Assembly (NCBI GenBank): GCA_964291675.2
Contig: OZ219866.1
Coordinates: forward strand, 2,336,001-2,400,000
Source of the DNA: Alphaproteobacteria bacterium
GTDB lineage: Bacteria; Pseudomonadota; Alphaproteobacteria; MPNO01
Reading direction: 5' to 3'
DNA length: 64,000 nt
Shown here: one piece after another, positions 58,477-64,000 of the stretch
Numbering within the stretch: the first letter of the stretch is position 1
Layout: every line of letters starts with the position of its first letter
Translations under genes and position numbers: made by a program
The notes under the pieces: generated by a model
Seen by the model: only the letters and a program-made list of their open reading frames with translations
What the model was told of the DNA's origin: nothing
The model's database searches: none

Positions 58477-60168
58477 TCAGCGCGCGGCGATGGCCAGCTC
58501 GTTCGGCTGGTTGAAGGGCTCGAACTTGGCCAGGAATTCCGCGACCGCCCCGGCATCGCCTTCGACCGAGACCCGTTCGGCGGCAATCGCCTCTTCGAAC
58601 GCGGTGCGCCCGAACACCCAGTCGAGCAGGAAGCCGCGGTCGAAGCGCGCGGTGGCGTCGCATTCCGGCGGCGGGGTGTCGTGGAACTGGCAGACGCCGC
58701 GGCGGATTTCGAGCGCGCAGCTCTCGCCCGAATCGGTGGTCTCGAAGGCGACCCGGAGATGCGTCTCCCAGCACGTCTCCGAGATCAGGCGGACCGTCAT
58801 CACGTTCAGGATCGCGGCGAGGGGAAACCCGCGCACCTGTTCCGGCGAGCCCAGCACCATGCCGCCGGCGGCGAGGTCGAGCGCGCCCTCCAGCTCGAGC
58901 GCCGCCGTCAGCCCCCAGTTGCGCCAGGTCGCGTTCTTCTGCGCATAGGCCCAGCGGCGCAGCGCTTCCGCCTTGAGGCGCCGGGCCTCGTCGTCGGTCC
59001 GGTCGGCCCGCACCGCGAGCGTCGACAGCTCCGCCGCCCACTGCGTATCCCCGCCATCCAGCGCCTCGCGGGCATGCCGAAGGAGCGTTTCCCGCCCGCC
59101 CACCATCTCGACCAAGCGGGACGCGCGCTCGGCCCGCGGGGTCGGGTCGAGCGCCACCGGGTCGCCCTGGTACCAGCCGAGATAGCCGGCATAGATCGCC
59201 GGAATGGCGTGCTTGTAGGAGCCGTAATACTCGCCGAGCCAGGGATGGTCGCGGAGCCGCTCCGGCATCTCGACGATTTGGGCGATCTCGTCCGGCGCGT
59301 AGCCCTTGTTGATGTAGCGCAGAGTCTGGTCGTGCAGGTACTGCACCGCGTCGCGGTAGTCGGTCAGCAACGCCGCGATCCGGTCCGCGCCCTCGACGGG
59401 CCGCCCGTGATGCGGCACCAGGATCTCCGCGCCGAACGCCTTGAGGCGGTCGAGCCCGCGCGCCCAGGCCATCGGGTCGCGAAACCGCGTGCCGCGCAGC
59501 GCATACACGTTGGGGAAGGATTCGTAGACCGCGTCGGCCGACAGCAGAACGCGGGCGTCGGGCAGCCACACCGCGCACTGGTCTTCGGTCTCCGAGGGGA
59601 TGAGGTGGATTTCGAAGCGGACTCCGCCAGTCTCGCCGGTATAGGTCTCGTCGAAGGTTGTCGTCGGCGCGATGAAGGAGCGCCGCCCGGGGCGCTGCGG
59701 CGGGCCGAGCCCGGCGCCGACGGTGCCGGTCTCGCCGATGGGCAGCCGCATGCCGAACTGGTACATCGCGCGGCGCCCGAGGATCGGCGCGATCAGCCCC
59801 ACGTCCCGCGCCACATGGCGGACCAGGTCCTTCTGGGCGACGATCTCCACCCGGCCCGAGGCGACGTCGTCCGGCGACACGAACGCCGCCGCGCCGCTCA
59901 CGTGATCGGCGTGGAAATGGGTGTAGACGATGGTCCGGATCGGCTTGTCGGTGATCTTGCGGAACTCGGCGGCGACGATTTCGGCGTTGTCCATGCCGGT
60001 CATCGTGTCGACCAGGATGCAGGACTCCGCGCCCTCGATCAGCGTGCAGTTGACGACCGAGTAGCCGAAGGCGCAGTGGATCGAGCCGTCGAGGGTATAG
60101 ATCCGCGGCTCCATCGACGCCTGGTGCCGCGCGAGGTCCGGGTGGACCGACGGGGTGACTTCGCTCAT
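58477..60168 (-). CDS. Alkyl sulfatase (SdsA1/Pisa1-type), paralog of 22657-24360
   Basis: THFHADH, PSETED, FPNVYALRGTRFR, PHHG, EYYG, WRNW, SCP2-like tail. Confidence 0.9.
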   Translation of the reverse strand: MSEVTPSVHPDLARHQASMEPRIYTLDGSIHCAFGYSVVNCTLIEGAESCILVDTMTGMDNAEIVAAEFRKITDKPIRTIVYTHFHADHVSGAAAFVSPDDVASGRVEIVAQKDLVRHVARDVGLIAPILGRRAMYQFGMRLPIGETGTVGAGLGPPQRPGRRSFIAPTTTFDETYTGETGGVRFEIHLIPSETEDQCAVWLPDARVLLSADAVYESFPNVYALRGTRFRDPMAWARGLDRLKAFGAEILVPHHGRPVEGADRIAALLTDYRDAVQYLHDQTLRYINKGYAPDEIAQIVEMPERLRDHPWLGEYYGSYKHAIPAIYAGYLGWYQGDPVALDPTPRAERASRLVEMVGGRETLLRHAREALDGGDTQWAAELSTLAVRADRTDDEARRLKAEALRRWAYAQKNATWRNWGLTAALELEGALDLAAGGMVLGSPEQVRGFPLAAILNVMTVRLISETCWETHLRVAFETTDSGESCALEIRRGVCQFHDTPPPECDATARFDRGFLLDWVFGRTAFEEAIAAERVSVEGDAGAVAEFLAKFEPFNQPNELAIAAR

Positions 60169-60429
60169 CTCTTTGCGATACGGGCGGCCGGACGAACGGC
60201 GCGCCGCGCTCCCTGTGACTGCCGCAGTGGTTTATGGTGGCGCGTCGCGCAAGGCAAGCGGGGCTGTTTCGCGCCGCCGCGGCCGCTCTCGACAGCCCGC
60301 CGGCGAGGAGGCCGGCGTGCGAAAGGGATGGGCGTTCGGATGGTTCCAGTCCCGGCGTGCGTGGACATGCCGGCTTGCGCGATGGCGGATTCGCGCGCAA
60401 GGTTCGGTCGGGACGGGCCACCGAGTTCG

Positions 60430-61023
60430 ATGTCGAAGCACAACCTGACGCGGCGATCGGCAATGGCCGGCATTTCGGGCGCGGCGGCGGCAGCTTTACT
60501 CCGCTGGCCGGCGTCCGCCAGCCCGCTCGCGCCGCCGACGGTCTGCACCCACGGCACGCCGTCGCAGACCGAAGGGCCGCTGTACAAGCCGTCGACACCG
60601 CGTCGGGGCGACTTGCGCGAGCCCGACAGCGGCGGGGAGGAGCTGGTCCTCCACGGGCTGGTCCTGGCGCCCGGCTGCAAGCCCCTGCCCGGCGCGGTGA
60701 TCGACGTCTGGCATTGCGACGAGAACGGCCGCTACGACAATCGGGGTTTCCGCTATCGCGGCCATCAATTCGCCGACGCCGCCGGCGCCTTCCGCTTCCG
60801 CACGATCCGGCCCGGGCGGTATCCCGGGCGCACGCCGCATATCCATGTCAAGGTGCAGGGCCCGACGACGCCGCTGCTCACGACCCAGCTCTATTTCCCG
60901 GATTTGCCGTACGACAATATCGGCGATTCGCTCTACCGGGACGACCTCGCGCTGCGCCTGGAGCGCTCGGGCGGCATGTGGCTGGCGCGGTTCGACCTCG
61001 TGCTTCCGACGGGCCCGCGGTAG
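60430..61023 (+). CDS. Intradiol ring-cleavage dioxygenase-like protein, Tat signal
   Basis: TRRSAM leader; TEGPLY, DVWHCD..GRY, PGRYPGRTPHIH, TQLYF. Confidence 0.85.
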   Translation: MSKHNLTRRSAMAGISGAAAAALLRWPASASPLAPPTVCTHGTPSQTEGPLYKPSTPRRGDLREPDSGGEELVLHGLVLAPGCKPLPGAVIDVWHCDENGRYDNRGFRYRGHQFADAAGAFRFRTIRPGRYPGRTPHIHVKVQGPTTPLLTTQLYFPDLPYDNIGDSLYRDDLALRLERSGGMWLARFDLVLPTGPR

Positions 61024-61032
61024 CCGGGCGCC

Positions 61033-61905
61033 TCAAGCCCCGAAGCGGGGCTCGGGCAGGCCGCGCACGCCGGGCTCCAGCGCGAACACCGCCCCGGCGA
61101 GGGGCTGCTTCCACAGCGCCTCGTCGGCGAGCGGGAAGGTCGCGCTGGTGACGTAGAGGGTCTCGAGGTCGGGGCCGCCGAAGGTGCAGGCCGTCGGCCG
61201 CTGCACCGGCACGCCGATGACGCGGTCGATCCTGCCGTCCGGTGCGTAGCGGGCGACCCGCCAGGCGCCGACGCAGCAGATCCAGTAATGGCCTTCCGCG
61301 TCCACCGCCGCGCCGTCGGGCCGGCCCTCGGTCGGGTCGTTGGCGGCGAACACCCGGCGGTTGGCGATGTCGCCGCTCTCCGGGTCGAGATCCCACGCCC
61401 AGATGAAGTCCCGGCGGCTGTCGGAGTGGTAGAGCGTCGTCCCGTCGGGGCCGAAGGCGAGGCCGTTGGGGCAGATCAGCCCGCCCATCACCGCCCGGCA
61501 GCTGCCGTCGGGGTCGTAGCGGTAGAGCGCGTTGGTCTCGCGGTCCATGGTCTCGATCATCCCGCCCACCCAGAACCGCCCCTGCGGGTCCGACCGCCCG
61601 TCGTTGAAGCGGACCTCCGGGTTGTCCGGCTCCAGATCGAACACCCGCTCGACGCTGCCGGACGCGAGGTCGATGAAGGCGATGCCCGACTGCATGCCCG
61701 CGATCAGCCGCCCGTCCCGGCAGAACGAGAAGCAGCCGATGCGTTCCGGCATCGGCCAGGACCGGCGCGCGCCGGTGGCCGGGTCGAGGCGCTCGACCGA
61801 GGGGCGGTAGATGTCGACCCAGTAGAGCGCCTGCTCGTCCTCGTGCCAGCGCGGCGACTCGCCGACGATGAAGCGCTCGTCCACCACGCAGCGGGGCTCG
61901 GTCAT
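61033..61905 (-). CDS. SMP-30/gluconolactonase family protein
   Basis: GESPRW, RFNDG, PNGLAF, PDGAAVD, PTACTFGG. Confidence 0.93.
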   Translation of the reverse strand: MTEPRCVVDERFIVGESPRWHEDEQALYWVDIYRPSVERLDPATGARRSWPMPERIGCFSFCRDGRLIAGMQSGIAFIDLASGSVERVFDLEPDNPEVRFNDGRSDPQGRFWVGGMIETMDRETNALYRYDPDGSCRAVMGGLICPNGLAFGPDGTTLYHSDSRRDFIWAWDLDPESGDIANRRVFAANDPTEGRPDGAAVDAEGHYWICCVGAWRVARYAPDGRIDRVIGVPVQRPTACTFGGPDLETLYVTSATFPLADEALWKQPLAGAVFALEPGVRGLPEPRFGA

Positions 61906-61921
61906 GGCGCCGCCGCCGGCC

Positions 61922-63268
61922 TCACGAGAACTCGCCGGCGATCATCGCGTCGATGCGGGCCTGCGTCGCCTCCTGGCGGGTGCCCGGGGGCAGATCGCCG
62001 CTGGCGATGACGATCTCGGCGACCCGCCGGCCGAACCGCCTGACGACCGCGTCGTCGTCGGTTCCGGGCTTCCGGGGCACGCGGCAAACCAGCTCGATGT
62101 TGTAGGTCGGCACCGGGGCGCCGTCGACGCGTGCCGGCCAGTCGAGCCTGTCGCCCCGCTTGACCGCGCGGATGCCGCGGCGGATCTGGCGCCTCGCCAT
62201 GATCACGCCCTCGTCGGTGACGCCGCGGGTCTCGTTGGCGTGGACCGTGACCGGCCCCTGCGCGACTTGCGCCTCGAAGTCGCCCGGGTTGCGCTGGCCC
62301 TCGGCGTGGCTGGGCGCCGCGACCTGGCCGGGGAAGTCGACCTTGCCGAGGCCGATCCCGTCCGGGTCGCCGGTCTCGTGCGGATCGATCACCGGGTTGA
62401 AATGGCGCAGCCCGATCGCATAGGCGTTGGTGTCGTCGATCGGGACGATCCAGCGCGAGACCCAGGCGCACAGCGCGAACTTCTCCTCCGAGGCGACCTC
62501 GGCGAGGCCGAACTGCGCCGCGTTGGGCAGGATCACGTCGCTCGCCCGCACCCAGAGAAAGTCGTCCCAGCGCCGGGTCCCGAGCGACAACAGCCCGATC
62601 GGCGTCTCGAAGAAGGAGAGCGTTGGCAGGGCCTGGTACTGCTCGCTGAACTGGAGCTCGTTGCCGCGCGCGTGCAGGAAGCAGGTGTGGATGGGATCGG
62701 CCCCGTTCTCGTGCGACTGCAGCCAGTTGCACGGGTTGTGGATCTTGTAGGGCAGCAGGCGGTTGCCCTCGGGATAGACCCAGCTGTCGTAGACCGGAAA
62801 TTCCGGCATCTCGTCGGGCGGGCCCATATAGGCGAACACCAGCCCGGCATATTCGCGGGTCGGGTAGGCGCCGTGGCAGAGCTTGTCCCTGATCCGGCTG
62901 CGCGGCGGCTCGCCCGGCGTCTCCAGAATCGTCCCGTCCACGTCGTAATGCCAGCCGTGGTAGCAGCAGCGGATGCCGCGCTGCTGGATGAAGCCGTATT
63001 CGAGCGAGGTGTTGCGGTGGCTGCAGCGCAGATGCAGCAGTCCCACCCGGCCGTCGAGGTCGCGGAACAGCACCAGCTCCTCGTCGAGGATGCGGATCGC
63101 GAGCGGCAGCTCGCCGAGCTCCGACGAGAGCGCGATCGGATGCCAGAAGCGGCGCAGATACTCGCCGCCCGGCGTGCCCGGGCCGACATGGGTCAGCTCG
63201 GAGTCTTCCCGTTCGCTCCGGCGGCGGTGATAGCCGCCGAACTTCACGTTTCGCATGGTGGTGGACAT
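61922..63268 (-). CDS. Rieske oxygenase alpha subunit (phthalate 4,5-dioxygenase/LigX-like)
   Basis: VGPGTPGGEYLRRFWHP, CSHR..CCYHGW, CNWLQ..EN..DPIH..FLH. Confidence 0.9.
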   Translation of the reverse strand: MSTTMRNVKFGGYHRRRSEREDSELTHVGPGTPGGEYLRRFWHPIALSSELGELPLAIRILDEELVLFRDLDGRVGLLHLRCSHRNTSLEYGFIQQRGIRCCYHGWHYDVDGTILETPGEPPRSRIRDKLCHGAYPTREYAGLVFAYMGPPDEMPEFPVYDSWVYPEGNRLLPYKIHNPCNWLQSHENGADPIHTCFLHARGNELQFSEQYQALPTLSFFETPIGLLSLGTRRWDDFLWVRASDVILPNAAQFGLAEVASEEKFALCAWVSRWIVPIDDTNAYAIGLRHFNPVIDPHETGDPDGIGLGKVDFPGQVAAPSHAEGQRNPGDFEAQVAQGPVTVHANETRGVTDEGVIMARRQIRRGIRAVKRGDRLDWPARVDGAPVPTYNIELVCRVPRKPGTDDDAVVRRFGRRVAEIVIASGDLPPGTRQEATQARIDAMIAGEFS

Positions 63269-63407
63269 CCCGCGCCTCCGTCGTCCGGACAACAGTCTAT
63301 GGGGCGACGCGGCGGGCCGACAAGGTGGGATCGGGCGGCTTGACCGCGCCTGCGGGCAGGGCGCAGGGTCCGCGCCGGTCCCACAATTGCCGGACGAGGC
63401 GAACCCG

Positions 63408-63803
63408 ATGACAGCACCGATCTTCCACATGGCGGCCGGCGCGCCGACGCCGGTCGCACCCTTCAGCCACGCGGTCGAGACCGACGGCTGGGTCTTCGTC
63501 ACCGGTCAGATGCCCAACGATCCGGAGGACGAGGCCGCGCCCTTGCCTGCCGGCATCGAGGGCCAGACCCGGAACGTCATGGCCAATCTCGCCACCGTGC
63601 TCGCCTCGCTCGGCCTCGGCTTCGAGCACGTGCTCGTAGCCCGGGTCTACCTCACCCGTTTCAAGGAGGACTACGCGGCGATGAACGCGGTCTACGGGAC
63701 CTATTTCGCGCCCGGCCGGCTGCCCGCGCGCACCTGCGTCGGGGTCACCGGGCTCGCCCTCGATGCGCGGGTCGAGATCGACCTGCTGGCGCGCCGGCCG
63801 TAG
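63408..63803 (+). CDS. RidA/YjgF family protein
   Basis: PFSHAV, FVTGQ, MNAVY, PARTCVGV, VEID. Confidence 0.93.
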   Translation: MTAPIFHMAAGAPTPVAPFSHAVETDGWVFVTGQMPNDPEDEAAPLPAGIEGQTRNVMANLATVLASLGLGFEHVLVARVYLTRFKEDYAAMNAVYGTYFAPGRLPARTCVGVTGLALDARVEIDLLARRP

Positions 63804-63824
63804 TCCCGCCGGCGCGGTCGAGGC

Positions 63825-63933
63825 CGTCCTTCGATACGCGGCTTCGCCGCTACTCAGGATGAGGGGAAGTTGGCGTGGCCAAGCAAAATCCCCTCATCCC
63901 GAGTAGCCCCCGAAGGGGGCGTATCGAGGGACG
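63825..63933. repeat. Family A palindrome
   Basis: CGTCCTTCGATACGCGGCTTCGCCGCTACTCAGGATGAGG..CCTCATCCCGAGTAGC..GTATCGAGGGACG. Confidence 0.9.
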
Positions 63934-63946
63934 CCGCGCCCATCGG

Positions 63947-64000
63947 CTACCGGGAGCGCGCGTAGTCTTCCGCGAGACCCTGCAAGGTCGCGAGGTTCTC
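63947..64000 (-). CDS. Possible 3' end of an unidentified CDS (partial)
   Basis: Open frame ENLATLQGLAEDYARSR* running in from the window edge. Confidence 0.35.
   Translation of the reverse strand, partial: ENLATLQGLAEDYARSR

Overview
High-GC window, most likely from an alphaproteobacterium (Rhodospirillales-like LpxA and alpha-type palindromic repeats). A marine invertebrate or sponge symbiont lifestyle is an inference from gene content only. The left end holds a complete group II intron (434-2416, RT/maturase with no endonuclease domain) inserted into a small multicopy inverted-repeat element whose uninterrupted relatives lie at 15323-15585 and 35084-35218. The rest is a dense catabolic and transport region with almost no regulators: a CoxMSL-like molybdo-hydroxylase, two ABC and two TRAP transporters, seven Rieske oxygenase alpha subunits with no reductase, two SdsA1/Pisa1-type alkyl sulfatases, three 2OG-Fe(II) dioxygenases and several hydrolases. 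Notable single genes are a halohydrin dehalogenase co-oriented behind an alkyl sulfatase, a eukaryote-type sterol C24-methyltransferase in an AT-richer patch, an isonitrile hydratase-like protein and an orphan lpxA with an altered acyl ruler. There are several pseudogenes and at least four short repeat families. I saw no tRNA, rRNA or CRISPR array. All family assignments come from motif recognition by eye, not database searches.
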